DNA of 32,000 bases from Mycobacterium tuberculosis H37Rv (lineage in GTDB: Bacteria > Actinomycetota > Actinomycetes > Mycobacteriales > Mycobacteriaceae), in contig NC_000962.3 in NCBI RefSeq assembly GCF_000195955.2, forward strand, positions 3,300,001-3,332,000, in the 5' to 3' direction. The notes under the pieces are model-generated. The model ran no database searches and was not told the DNA's origin. It saw only the letters and a list, made by a program, of their open reading frames with translations. Below, one piece after another: positions 19,663 through 29,948 of the stretch. The position numbers and the translations under genes are program-made. Every line of letters starts with the position of its first letter. Position 1 is the first letter of the stretch.

Positions 19663-22600
19663 TCAGCTCACCACCACCAACAGGTCTCCGCCCTCCACCT
19701 GGGCGGTGTCCGACACCGCCACCCGCTCCACGGTGCCGGCAACCGGGGCGGTGATCGGGGCTTCCATCTTCATCGCCTCGATGGTGGCGATGGTTTGGCC
19801 GGCGCCGACCCGCTCGCCGACGCACACCCCGACCGTGACGACTCCGGCAAATGGCGCGGCGATGTGTCCGGGATTGCCGCGGTCGGCCTTCTCGGCGGCC
19901 GGAACGGCACTGGCAATGCTGCGGTCGCGCACTAGCACCGGCCGCAGCTGCCCGTTGAGGATGCACATCACCGTTCGCATGCCGCGTTCGTCGGGTTCGG
20001 AAATGGCCTCCAGCCCGATCAACAGCTCCACCCCACGCTCCAGCTTCACCCGATGCTCTTCACCTTGGCGCAGACCATAGAAGAACTGGTTGGCCGACAA
20101 TTGCGACGTGTCGCCGTAGGCTTCCCGGTGCTCATTGAATTCCTTTGTTGGACTGGGAAATAACAGCCTGTTCAGGGTGGCCTGACGCTTGGCTCCGACC
20201 GACGATAGGGCAATCTCGTCGTCCGCCGCCAATTGCGCAGTGGGCCTGGCCGCCCCGCGACCGGCCAGCGCCGCAGTGCGCAGCGGTTCGGGCCACCCGC
20301 CGGGCGGATCACCCAGCTCGCCCCGCAGAAATCCGAGTACCGATTCCGGGATGCCAAATCGCGCTGGATCGGAGGCGAATTCGTCTGCACTGACACCGGC
20401 GCCGACCAGTGCCAGCGCCAGATCGCCGACCACCTTGGACGTTGGCGTGACCTTAACCAGCCTGCCCAACACTCGGTCGGCGCCCGCGTAGGCCTCTTCG
20501 ATCTCTTCGAATCGATCTCCCAGACCAAGAGCAATTGCTTGCTGGCGCAGATTGGACAGTTGGCCGCCCGGAATCTCGTGGTGATAAACCCGCCCCGTCG
20601 GCCCCGGCAACCCAGACTCGAACGGCGCATACACTTTTCGTAACGCCTCCCAGTACGGCTCCAGGGCGCACACCGCCGAAAGCGACAGGCCGGTGTCGTA
20701 CTCGGTGTGGGCAGCGGCAGCAACGATCGAGCTCAGCGCGGGCTGGCTGGTCGTTCCCGCCAGCGGCGCGGCGGCGCCGTCGACGGCATCGGCCCCGGCG
20801 TGCCAAGCGGCCACATAGCTGGCGAGCTGGCCACCCGGTGTGTCGTGGGTGTGCAGGTGAACGGGCAGGTCGAAGCGACTGCGCAGGGCGCTGACCAACC
20901 TTTGAGCGGCCGGCGGGCGCAACAGTCCAGCCATATCCTTGATCGCCAGCACATGGGCGCCGGCGTCCACGATCTGCTCAGCCAGTTTCAGGTAGTAGTC
21001 CAGCGTGTACAGCTGTTCACCCGGATCGGTAAGGTCGCCCGTGTAGCACATCGCGACTTCTGCTATCGCAGAACCTGTTTCGCGTACTGCGTCGATCGCC
21101 GGACGCATCGACTCGATGTTGTTGAGCGCGTCGAAGATACGAAAGATGTCGATACCGGTGGCTGTTGCTTCTTGCACAAACGCCGACGTCACGATTTCCG
21201 GGTACGGCGTGTAGCCCACGGTATTGCGGCCCCGCAATAGCATCTGCAAGCAGATATTGGGCATTGCTGCACGCAGTGTGGCCAGCCGTTCCCAGGGATC
21301 CTCCTTGAGAAAGCGCAGCGCCACATCGTAAGTCGCACCGCCCCAACACTCCACGGACAACAGCTGCGGCATGGTCCGCGCGAGATACGGTGCCACCCGC
21401 GACAGTCCGCTGGTGCGTACTCGGGTAGCCAGTAACGACTGGTGAGCATCCCGGAATGTGGTATCGGTGACCCCGACCGCGGCCGACTCCCGCAGCCAAC
21501 GAGCAAATCCTTCCGGCCCCAACTTGACTAGTCGCTGCTTGGACCCGGCCGGTGGTGCGGCCCGCAGATCAAGATCGGGCAGCTTGTCGTCCGGGTAGAT
21601 CGTTGACGGACGCGAGCCATACGGGTTGTTGACGGTGACATCGGCCAGGAAGTTAAGGATCTTGGTGCCGCGGTCGGCCGAGGCGCGCGCGGTCAGCAGC
21701 TGCGGCCGCTCATCAATGAAGGACGTGGTGACCCGGCCCGCTCGGAAGTCCGGGTCATCCAGGACCGCTTGCAGGAACGGAATATTCGTCGATACCCCGC
21801 GGATCCGGAACTCCGCGATCGCCCGGCGCGCACGGCTCACTGCGGTAGGGAGGTCACGGCCCCGACAGGTCAGCTTGACCAGCATGGAGTCGAAGTACGG
21901 GCTGATTTCTGCGCCCAGGTTGGTGCTGCCGTCCAGGCGGACACCGGCACCGCCGGCGGTGCGCAACGCGCTGATCCGGCCCGTGTCCGGCCGGAAGCCG
22001 TTGGCCGGATCCTCGGTGGTGATCCGGCACTGTAGTGCGGCGCCATGCGGTGCGATGTCCTCCTGCCGCAGGCCCAATTGTTCGAGCGTCTCCCCGGCGG
22101 CAATGCGCAGCTGGCTGGCGACCAGGTCGACGTCGGTAATCTCCTCGGTCACCGTGTGCTCCACCTGAACCCGCGGATTCATCTCGATGAAGACATACTC
22201 CCCTCGCTCGTCCAGCAGGAACTCGACGGTGCCCGCGCAGCTGTACCCGATATGGCGGGCGAAGGCGACCGCATCGACGCACATCTTGTAACGCAACTCG
22301 GCGTCCAGGTGCGGCGCGGGCGCCAGCTCGATGACCTTCTGATGGCGACGCTGCACACTGCAGTCACGCTCATAGAGATGGATCACGTCGCCGAGGTTGT
22401 CCGCCAGAATCTGCACCTCGATGTGGCGTGGATTGATCACTGCCTGCTCGAGATAGACCGTCGGGTCCCCGAACGCCGACTCGGCTTCCCGGCTGGCGGC
22501 TTCGATCGCCTCCGGAAGCGCCGCGATATCGCCGACACGACGCATACCCCGGCCCCCGCCACCGGCAACTGCCTTGACGAACAACGGAAACGGCATGCCG

Positions 22601-23046
22601 GCCGCAACCGACAGCAGTTCGTCGACCGAGGCCGACGGCGCCGAGGACATCAGCACGGGCAAGCCGGCTTCGCGGGCCGCCGCGATGGCGCGAGACTTAT
22701 TCCCAGCCAGCTCAAGCACTTCGGCGCTGGGACCGACGAAGCTGATGCCCGCCGCCGCGCATGCCGCAGCCAGATCCGGATTCTCCGATAGAAACCCGTA
22801 GCCAGGGTAGATAGCGTCGGCACCCGCCCGACGGGCCGTCGCGACGATCTCGTCGACCGACAGGTATGCATGCACCGGGTGACCGATGTCGCCGATCTGG
22901 TAAGACTCGTCCGCCTTGAGACGGTGCTGCGAATTGCGGTCCTCGTACGGATAAACGGCCACGGTTCCGACGCCCAGTTCGTAGGCGGCACGAAAGGCCC
23001 GGATCGCGATCTCCCCGCGATTGGCGACGAGCACCTTGGAAAACAC
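19663..23046 (-). CDS. pca: Pyruvate carboxylase
   Basis: 1127-aa ORF: MFSKVLVANRGEIAIRAFRAAYELG (biotin carboxylase), FRDAHQSLLATRVRT (carboxyltransferase), C-terminal biotinyl motif IATIEAMKMEAPITAPVAG. Confidence 0.97.
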   Translation of the reverse strand: MFSKVLVANRGEIAIRAFRAAYELGVGTVAVYPYEDRNSQHRLKADESYQIGDIGHPVHAYLSVDEIVATARRAGADAIYPGYGFLSENPDLAAACAAAGISFVGPSAEVLELAGNKSRAIAAAREAGLPVLMSSAPSASVDELLSVAAGMPFPLFVKAVAGGGGRGMRRVGDIAALPEAIEAASREAESAFGDPTVYLEQAVINPRHIEVQILADNLGDVIHLYERDCSVQRRHQKVIELAPAPHLDAELRYKMCVDAVAFARHIGYSCAGTVEFLLDERGEYVFIEMNPRVQVEHTVTEEITDVDLVASQLRIAAGETLEQLGLRQEDIAPHGAALQCRITTEDPANGFRPDTGRISALRTAGGAGVRLDGSTNLGAEISPYFDSMLVKLTCRGRDLPTAVSRARRAIAEFRIRGVSTNIPFLQAVLDDPDFRAGRVTTSFIDERPQLLTARASADRGTKILNFLADVTVNNPYGSRPSTIYPDDKLPDLDLRAAPPAGSKQRLVKLGPEGFARWLRESAAVGVTDTTFRDAHQSLLATRVRTSGLSRVAPYLARTMPQLLSVECWGGATYDVALRFLKEDPWERLATLRAAMPNICLQMLLRGRNTVGYTPYPEIVTSAFVQEATATGIDIFRIFDALNNIESMRPAIDAVRETGSAIAEVAMCYTGDLTDPGEQLYTLDYYLKLAEQIVDAGAHVLAIKDMAGLLRPPAAQRLVSALRSRFDLPVHLHTHDTPGGQLASYVAAWHAGADAVDGAAAPLAGTTSQPALSSIVAAAAHTEYDTGLSLSAVCALEPYWEALRKVYAPFESGLPGPTGRVYHHEIPGGQLSNLRQQAIALGLGDRFEEIEEAYAGADRVLGRLVKVTPTSKVVGDLALALVGAGVSADEFASDPARFGIPESVLGFLRGELGDPPGGWPEPLRTAALAGRGAARPTAQLAADDEIALSSVGAKRQATLNRLLFPSPTKEFNEHREAYGDTSQLSANQFFYGLRQGEEHRVKLERGVELLIGLEAISEPDERGMRTVMCILNGQLRPVLVRDRSIASAVPAAEKADRGNPGHIAAPFAGVVTVGVCVGERVGAGQTIATIEAMKMEAPITAPVAGTVERVAVSDTAQVEGGDLLVVVS

Positions 23047-23070
23047 GTGTGGCTCCCTTATCCGGATGTC

Positions 23071-23703
23071 TCAGATCAGCGTCGACCAATAGTCCCAAAA
23101 GCGGACCATGATCAGCAGGAATACTGTCGTGAACCAGAGCGTGGCCAGCGACCATCGCCATTGATAGAGCAGCCGTGCCCCGACGCGCTCCTGGCTTCCC
23201 CGGTTTTCCCGCATCGGACCGAAAACGATGGACGCGACCACCACCAGCAGTGTGGCGATGACCGCCCAGACCACCATGCAGTATGGGCACAGGGCACCGA
23301 TACGGTACAGGCTCTGGAATATCAGCCAATGCACGAACGCCACACCAACCAGGATCCCGACCGCCAGGCCGATCCAATACCACCTGGGCAACGGCACTTT
23401 CGCCACCGCCAGCACCCCGGTGACCACCACCACGGTGAAGCCCGCAATGCCGAGAAGCGGGTTGGGAAAGCCCAGCAACGACGCCTGCGGTGTGGTCATC
23501 ACCGAGCCGCACGACACTATCGGGTTGACATTGCATGACGGCACATAGATCGGATCGAGCAGAATCCTGACCTTCTCCACCGTGAGCGTCATCGAAGCGA
23601 ACAGCCCGATCACACCGCCGATCAGCACCCACCACGCGCTAGGCACCGGCACCCGCACCGCAGCCGGGTCGCCGGATCGCTCGGCAGGTCGAGCTGCCAC
23701 CAC
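23071..23703 (-). CDS. Vitamin K epoxide reductase (VKOR)-family membrane protein, Rv2968c-like
   Basis: 210 aa; several hydrophobic segments, NPIVSCGSVMTTPQASLLGFPNP and YRIGALCPYCMVVW (CPYC) typical of bacterial VKOR. Confidence 0.9.
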   Translation of the reverse strand: MVAARPAERSGDPAAVRVPVPSAWWVLIGGVIGLFASMTLTVEKVRILLDPIYVPSCNVNPIVSCGSVMTTPQASLLGFPNPLLGIAGFTVVVVTGVLAVAKVPLPRWYWIGLAVGILVGVAFVHWLIFQSLYRIGALCPYCMVVWAVIATLLVVVASIVFGPMRENRGSQERVGARLLYQWRWSLATLWFTTVFLLIMVRFWDYWSTLI

Positions 23704-23708
23704 AATCG

Positions 23709-24476
23709 TCAGGATGTCGCGGTAGCAGCGGCCGAGTCAATGCCCGGCACATCACCCACAATTTCTTTGATCTTGGCGACCAGCGCCGCCGGCGTCGACC
23801 ACTCGTACTCTGTGCCATTGACCCGGACCGTCGGGGTCGCGTGCACGTTGACCGCCGCCGCCAGCCCGTCGACTTTTTCGATGTACTTGCCGCTGTTGAT
23901 GCAGTCGGGCACCTTGCCCACGACGCCGGCTTCGCGGGCAAGTTCGATCAACCGCGCGTTGTCGGGGAAATCCTTGCCGAGCTCGGCAGGCTGGATGTCC
24001 TTGCTGAACAAGGCGGCGTGGAAGCGGCGGAACGCCTCGATCGATTCGTCGGCAACGCAATAAGCCGCAGCAGCCGCTCGCGACGAATAGTGTTGATTGC
24101 TGGCGCTATCGAGAATGGCCACCATCGTGTAATCGGCCGCGACAGCGCCGATGTCCACGAGCTTGGACACGGTTGGCCCGAAACCGCGCTCGAATATGCC
24201 GCACGCCGGACACAGGAAATCCTCGTAGAAGGACACCACGGCCTTGGGGTTGCTGGTTCCGGGCTGGGTGACCAGCTTGCTCGACGTCACCCGTACTGCA
24301 TCGCCGGGGCCCGCGACGCCGTCCTTCTTGTCGTCGCGCGACGTCACGATGTAGAAGACCAGGACGACGGCAAAAACGACGACGATGGTGGTGCCACCAA
24401 TCTGGACGAGCCGGCCGAAGCTGCCGTCGGCGGACTTCAGATCGAATCGCGGGGGGCGTTTGGATTTGTCGGCCAC
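23709..24476 (-). CDS. DsbA-like thioredoxin-fold exported/anchored protein, Rv2969c-like
   Basis: N-terminal hydrophobic segment TTIVVVFAVVLVFYIV and YEDFLCPACGIFERGFG (CPAC). Track ORF starts at 24494; GTG at 24476 is also plausible. Confidence 0.88.
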   Translation of the reverse strand: MADKSKRPPRFDLKSADGSFGRLVQIGGTTIVVVFAVVLVFYIVTSRDDKKDGVAGPGDAVRVTSSKLVTQPGTSNPKAVVSFYEDFLCPACGIFERGFGPTVSKLVDIGAVAADYTMVAILDSASNQHYSSRAAAAAYCVADESIEAFRRFHAALFSKDIQPAELGKDFPDNARLIELAREAGVVGKVPDCINSGKYIEKVDGLAAAVNVHATPTVRVNGTEYEWSTPAALVAKIKEIVGDVPGIDSAAATATS

Positions 24477-24572
24477 AGTTTCGCTGATCCTCACGTGCTC
24501 GATTTGTCGGCTTGTCGCGGCCGCGGTCAGGCGACGGCGCCTCTAGCGTACCGGCGGCAAGCCAGCCTCGAC

Positions 24573-25703
24573 TCAAACCCGGCTAAGGTGCGCGCGCAGC
24601 GCGGAGATCAGCTCGTTGGTCCCGGCAGCACTGCCTCCCCCCAGCTGAAACAGGTTGAGGAAGCCATGCGTCAGCGAACCCAGATACCGCAAGTCCACTG
24701 CAGTCCCGGCAGCCCGCAGCGCCTTCGCATAGCTTTCTCCTTCGTCGCGCAATGGGTCGAAGCCGGCGACCGCGATGAGAGCAGGCGCCAGCCCGGACAG
24801 CGATTCGGCCAACAACGGCGACAACCGCGGATCCGCCGGATCGACATCGGAATCCCTGAGGTATTGCGTGTGGAACCAATCGATGTCCCGCTTGGTCAGC
24901 AGGAAGCCATTGCCGAACAGGCCCATTGAGCGAGTCTGTGCGGTGAAATCGGTCCTGGGATACAGCAGCCACTGCAGCACCGGGGTGGGCCCACCCTCGT
25001 AGCGAGCCTTGTCGCGCGCCAACTGACACACCACGGCCGACAGGTTGCCGCCCGCACTGTCCCCGCCCACCGCGACCCGCCCGGGGAGCGCACCGAACTC
25101 ATCGGAAGCGTGCTCATGGGCCCATACAAAAGCCGCATAGGCATCTTCAACCGCGGCCGGCGCCGGATGCTCGGGAGCCAACCGGTAGTCGATCGACAGT
25201 ACCTGGATGTCGGCGTCGCGACAGGTCAACCGGCACAGCGCGTCATGGGTGTCCAAGTCCCCGAGCGTCCAGCCGCCACCGTGGTAAAAGACCAGCAGCG
25301 GCGTGGCGCCACCGCCGCTGGGGCGGTAGTGCCGCGCCGGGATCTCACCGGCTGGTCCGGGTATTGACAGGTCGGTCACGTCGACGTGGATCTGCGGACC
25401 GGGCATCGCCTCGCATATCGCGCGCATGTGCGCGCGAGAGGCGACGATGTCGTCGTCTACGGCCAGGCCGTCGACACCGAAGATCCGCGAAGTCGACAAC
25501 ATCAGCTGCAGGGTGGGGTCAAGCGTATTGCCATCGATAATGACCGATCGGCCGGCCGACAGGATCCGTTTGGCAGGCGTCGGGATCCACGGAAGGACCT
25601 TGACTCCGACGTTGACGACGGTGCCCTGCACACGCCGTGTCCACATGCGCGGGTGGTTTGCTCCGAGACGGAGGTCTGCCACACCTGGCAGACTCTTGGT
25701 CAT
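24573..25703 (-). CDS. lipN: Alpha/beta-hydrolase lipase/esterase
   Basis: LLVFYHGGGWTLGDLDTHD (HGGG motif) and VAVGGDSAGGNLSAVVC. ATG at 25703 (MTKSLPGVADL, 376 aa) is preferred to the 25925 track start. Confidence 0.9.
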   Translation of the reverse strand: MTKSLPGVADLRLGANHPRMWTRRVQGTVVNVGVKVLPWIPTPAKRILSAGRSVIIDGNTLDPTLQLMLSTSRIFGVDGLAVDDDIVASRAHMRAICEAMPGPQIHVDVTDLSIPGPAGEIPARHYRPSGGGATPLLVFYHGGGWTLGDLDTHDALCRLTCRDADIQVLSIDYRLAPEHPAPAAVEDAYAAFVWAHEHASDEFGALPGRVAVGGDSAGGNLSAVVCQLARDKARYEGGPTPVLQWLLYPRTDFTAQTRSMGLFGNGFLLTKRDIDWFHTQYLRDSDVDPADPRLSPLLAESLSGLAPALIAVAGFDPLRDEGESYAKALRAAGTAVDLRYLGSLTHGFLNLFQLGGGSAAGTNELISALRAHLSRV

Positions 25704-25817
25704 GGGCTGCTCCCTACAAAACTCTGTCACGCGCAGCAACGGACACTCGATCCGCGCCGTCAGGCTGGATGTCTTTCGGGTCCTGCCGGCCGACACCGGG
25801 CAAGCGGTAGGTGCCGC

Positions 25818-26100
25818 GAGTCCGGCGTGCCCAACGGCCAACTCTACGTGGTGACCAAAGTGTTGAATGCCGACCAGCACTATTCGCGGCTTACGCCGCC
25901 GTCGCCGAAGGCTGTGGCTCAGCACCTGCCCAGGTGTTGATTAGGTGGCATATCCAACTCGGTAATATCGTGATCCCCAAGTCGGTGAACCCAATGCGGA
26001 TTGCGAGCAACTTCGACGCGTTCGATTTCCCTCGCTCGATGACGGAACCCGGCTTGGTCCGAATCCGAAAACCTTCAATTTCACAGGCAGGTGAGATGAC
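25818..26100 (+). pseudogene. Decayed aldo/keto reductase remnant (Rv2970A-like area), internally deleted and frameshifted
   Basis: [21 protein letters not shown] in one frame and [52 protein letters not shown] in another. Both parallel segments of the downstream aldo/keto reductase. Confidence 0.8.
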
Positions 26101-26949
26101 GTGACTGGCGAGTCGGGCGCCGCCGCCGCACCCTCGATTACCCTCAACGACGAGCATACGATGCCGGTGCTTGGCCTCGGCGTCGCGGAATTGTCGGACG
26201 ACGAGACCGAACGTGCGGTGTCCGCGGCGCTGGAAATTGGCTGCCGGCTGATCGACACCGCCTACGCCTATGGCAACGAGGCCGCGGTCGGCCGCGCAAT
26301 TGCAGCCTCCGGCGTTGCCCGCGAAGAGCTGTTCGTCACCACCAAGCTAGCCACCCCCGACCAGGGTTTCACCCGTTCCCAGGAAGCATGTAGAGCCAGT
26401 TTGGACCGCCTCGGCCTCGACTACGTCGACCTTTACCTAATTCACTGGCCGGCCCCGCCGGTGGGCAAGTATGTGGACGCCTGGGGAGGCATGATTCAAT
26501 CCCGCGGAGAGGGCCATGCCCGATCGATCGGCGTGTCCAACTTCACCGCGGAGAACATCGAAAACCTTATCGACCTCACATTCGTCACGCCGGCGGTCAA
26601 CCAGATCGAGCTGCACCCGCTGCTCAACCAGGACGAACTGCGCAAAGCTAACGCCCAGCACACCGTCGTCACACAGTCCTACTGCCCCCTGGCACTCGGC
26701 AGGCTGCTGGACAACCCAACCGTCACATCAATCGCCAGCGAATACGTCAAGACGCCCGCACAAGTGCTGCTGCGGTGGAACCTGCAATTGGGCAATGCGG
26801 TGGTCGTCCGCTCGGCCAGACCCGAGCGCATCGCCAGCAACTTCGACGTCTTCGACTTCGAGTTGGCGGCCGAACACATGGATGCATTGGGCGGGCTCAA
26901 TGACGGCACCCGGGTGCGCGAGGATCCACTGACCTACGCCGGCACCTGA
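26101..26949 (+). CDS. Aldo/keto reductase, Rv2971-like
   Basis: 282 aa: [85 protein letters not shown]. Confidence 0.94.
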
Positions 26950-27022
26950 TACGCCGCCGACTGTGAACCGCGCGACGTCTCCTCGGCGTGTCACGTCGTG
27001 AGATTCACCGTCGGCGCGTGGA

Positions 27023-27736
27023 CTAGCCCGTCGGGCAGGTGGCCGCGGCCTGACGCAGTACGTCGGACGATGGCTGATCCACTGGCAGTGAATAGCCGCG
27101 CAGCACGGCGATGAATTGCATCGCGTACTGACAGGCGAAGGCCTTGTTGGGTGGCATCCATTGGGCCGGTGGCGAATCGCCCTTGTCCTGATTTGCCTGC
27201 CCCTGCACGGCCAGCAGGTTGGCCGGATCGTTGGCGAAGCGCATTCGCTCGGAGTTCGGCCACCGATAGGCGCCCATGTCCCAGGCATACGAGAGCGGAA
27301 CGATGTGGTCGATCTGGACCGATTGGCCAACACTGGCGCCGCGTTGGAAGGCAACGGTGGTGTTGGTGTACGGATCGCGCAGGGTGCCGGTGGCCACCGC
27401 ATTCGGACACCGCTTGATCGACACATATGTCTTGTCGACCAGATCCCGGTCGAGGATGTCGTCGCGGGTGTCGCACCCGTTGTGCCCTCCCGGCGCGTCA
27501 TTGCGATCGTCCCAGGGGTGACCGAATGCGGACCTGCGGTAGTCGTAGCGGTGGATCCGTTTGGGTAGCACGGCGATGCCGGCGAGCACGTCGGCACCGG
27601 GTTGCACGGTTGGCACGCCAGCGCGGGCGGCGAACTCGTCAGCGTGCCTGCCCGCCGATGATCCCAGCGTCTGATACGCGACCACCAGCGCCAGCGCCGC
27701 GATCGCCGACAGCCACAGTAGCGTTCTGCGGTTCAT
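27023..27736 (-). CDS. Exported HNH/DUF1524-like putative nuclease, Rv2972c-like
   Basis: N-terminal signal/anchor MNRRTLLWLSAIAALALVVAYQTL and C-terminal VDHIVPLSYAWDMGAYRWPNSERMRFANDPANLLAVQGQANQDKGDSPPAQWMPPN. Confidence 0.8.
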   Translation of the reverse strand: MNRRTLLWLSAIAALALVVAYQTLGSSAGRHADEFAARAGVPTVQPGADVLAGIAVLPKRIHRYDYRRSAFGHPWDDRNDAPGGHNGCDTRDDILDRDLVDKTYVSIKRCPNAVATGTLRDPYTNTTVAFQRGASVGQSVQIDHIVPLSYAWDMGAYRWPNSERMRFANDPANLLAVQGQANQDKGDSPPAQWMPPNKAFACQYAMQFIAVLRGYSLPVDQPSSDVLRQAAATCPTG

Positions 27737-29946
27737 GACTTATCTAAGTATTCGATGCGGTCGGTGCTGGTGAATCGCGCGGCCATCAGCGCCAATGCGG
27801 GGTCTGTGGGGTTCTTGTAAGCCTCGATGCAGAAGTCCCGCGCGGCCACTATGTATTCCTCGTGTTCGGCCAATGACAGCAACCGCAGCGTGATGGCCTT
27901 GCCGGATTGGTTGCGGCCCAGCACATCTCCCTCCTTGCGCTCCTTCAGATCCAGATCGGCGAGGGCGAACCCGTCCATTGTCCCGGCGACCGCACGCAGC
28001 CGCTGACCCGCCGGCGTATCCGGCGGCACCCAGCTGGCCAGCAGACACACGCTGGGATGTTCGCCGCGCCCGATGCGGCCGCGCAGCTGGTGCAATTGGC
28101 TGATGCCGAACCGGTCGGCGTCCATCACCAGCATGACCGTAGCGTTGGGGACATCGACGCCAACCTCAATGACCGTGGTGCACACCAGCACATCGACCTC
28201 ACCGGCCCGGAAAGCCGCCATCGCAGCGTCCTTGTCGTCGGCCGACAACCGTCCATGCATGAGCGCCAACCGCAACTCTGCGAGCTCGGCGGAACGCAAC
28301 CGGGAGAACAGGCCTTCGGCAGTGGCCGATGGTCGGACGCCGCCTTGAACGTCGGTGTCGTCGGACTCATCGATGCGGGGCGCCACCACATAGGCCTGGC
28401 GGCCGGCGGCAGCCTCTTCGATGATGCGCCGCCAGGCGCGGTCGAGCCAGGCGGGCTTGTCCTTGACAAAGATGACGTTGGTGGCAATCGGCTGGCGCCC
28501 GAGCGGAAGTTCGCGCAGCGTAGAGGTTTCCAGGTCGCCATAGACGGTCAGCGCGACCGTGCGCGGTATCGGCGTCGCGGTCATCACCAGCAGGTGCGGG
28601 GTAATGCCGGCGGGGGCCTTGGCGCGCAACTGATCTCGCTGCTCGACACCAAACCGGTGTTGCTCGTCGACCACCACCATGCCCAGGTTGTGAAAGTCGA
28701 CGGCCTCCTGCAGCAGCGCGTGCGTGCCGATGACGATGCCGACCTGACCGCTGGCGATTTCGGCGCGAACTTGCTTCTTCTGCCCTGCCGTCATCGAACC
28801 GGTGAGCAGTGCCACCCGGGTGGCGTTTTCGGCGCCTCCCAGTTGGCCGCCCATGGCCAGCGGCCCTAGGACATCGCGGATCGATCGCAAGTGTTGTGCG
28901 GCAAGGACTTCCGTTGGCGCCAGCAGGGCACACTGGTAACCCGCGTCCACCATCTGCAGCATCGCCAACACCGCAACGATCGTTTTGCCCGAGCCCACTT
29001 CGCCTTGCAGCAGGCGATTCAGCGGGCGGTTCGCCGCGAGCCCGTCGGACAACACGTCGAGCACCTCACGCTGTCCCGCCGTCAGCTCAAAAGGCAACCG
29101 CCGCAGTAGCTCAGCGGCAAGACCGTTAGATTTCCAGGCCGCCGAGGGCCCGGATTCCGACAGTTCACCGTGCCGTCGGGCCACCAGCGCCCACTGCAGA
29201 CCCACGGCCTCGTCGAAGGTCAGGCGTTCCCGGGCGCGCTCGCGTAACGACTGGCTTTCGGCAAGGTGAATGGCGCGCAGTGCCTCGTCCTCGGGGATCA
29301 GGCCGTGCTTGGCGCGTAGTTCCGCGGGCAACGGATCATCGACCCGGTCGAGAACATCGAGCACCTGCCGCACGCATTTGAAGATGTCCCAGCTCTGCAC
29401 TTTTGTGCTGGCCGGATAGATCGGGAAGAAACGACGCTCGAACTCCTCCACGACCAATTCACCGCTGATGGCCTTGGAGGCATCAGCGATACTTTTGAGC
29501 GACCTGGTGCCGTGGTTCTTCCCGTCCGGCGAGTCGAGGATGAGAAACGCCGGATGCGTGAGCTGCATCGCGCCCTTGTAGTAGCCGACTTCCCCGGAGA
29601 GCATCACCTTCGTGTGCTTGGTGAGGTCCCGCATGATGTAGTCCGCGTTGAAGAACGTGGCCGTCACCTTGTTGCGGCCGCCGCCGACGGTGATGCGCAG
29701 ACATTTCCGATTCGGCTTCTTTTTCATCGGAAACGAATACGTATCGGTGATCACGTCGACGATGGTGATGTGCTCGCCAGCTTCCGGTCGCGCGTCACCG
29801 ATACCCACCCGCGCCGCGCCCTCGACGTAGCTGCGCGGGTAGTGGCGGAGCAGGTCGTCGACGGTCCGCATGCCGAACTGCTCGTCGAGGGCATCGGCTG
29901 CCGTGGCGCCGAGGACGCGATCGAGCCGATCGCTTAACGACGCCAC
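27733..29946 (-). CDS. recG: ATP-dependent DNA helicase RecG
   Basis: 737 aa with [75 protein letters not shown]. Confidence 0.97.
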   Translation of the reverse strand: [737 protein letters not shown]

Positions 29947-29948
29947 CG

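Noticed and set aside
22870-23635. Plus-strand ORFs of 307 aa (22712..23635) and 222 aa (22870..23538) antisense to pca and the VKOR-like gene
   Set aside because: The opposite strand encodes recognisable pyruvate carboxylase and VKOR proteins; these are mirror-frame ORFs from codon-position GC bias.
23841-24929. 362-aa plus-strand ORF antisense to the DsbA-like gene and lipN
   Set aside because: It spans two real minus-strand genes and their gap, with low-complexity composition. No independent support.
26728-27597. 289-aa minus-strand ORF overlapping the aldo/keto reductase and HNH-like gene
   Set aside because: Spans two genes in shadow frames and shows no domain signature.
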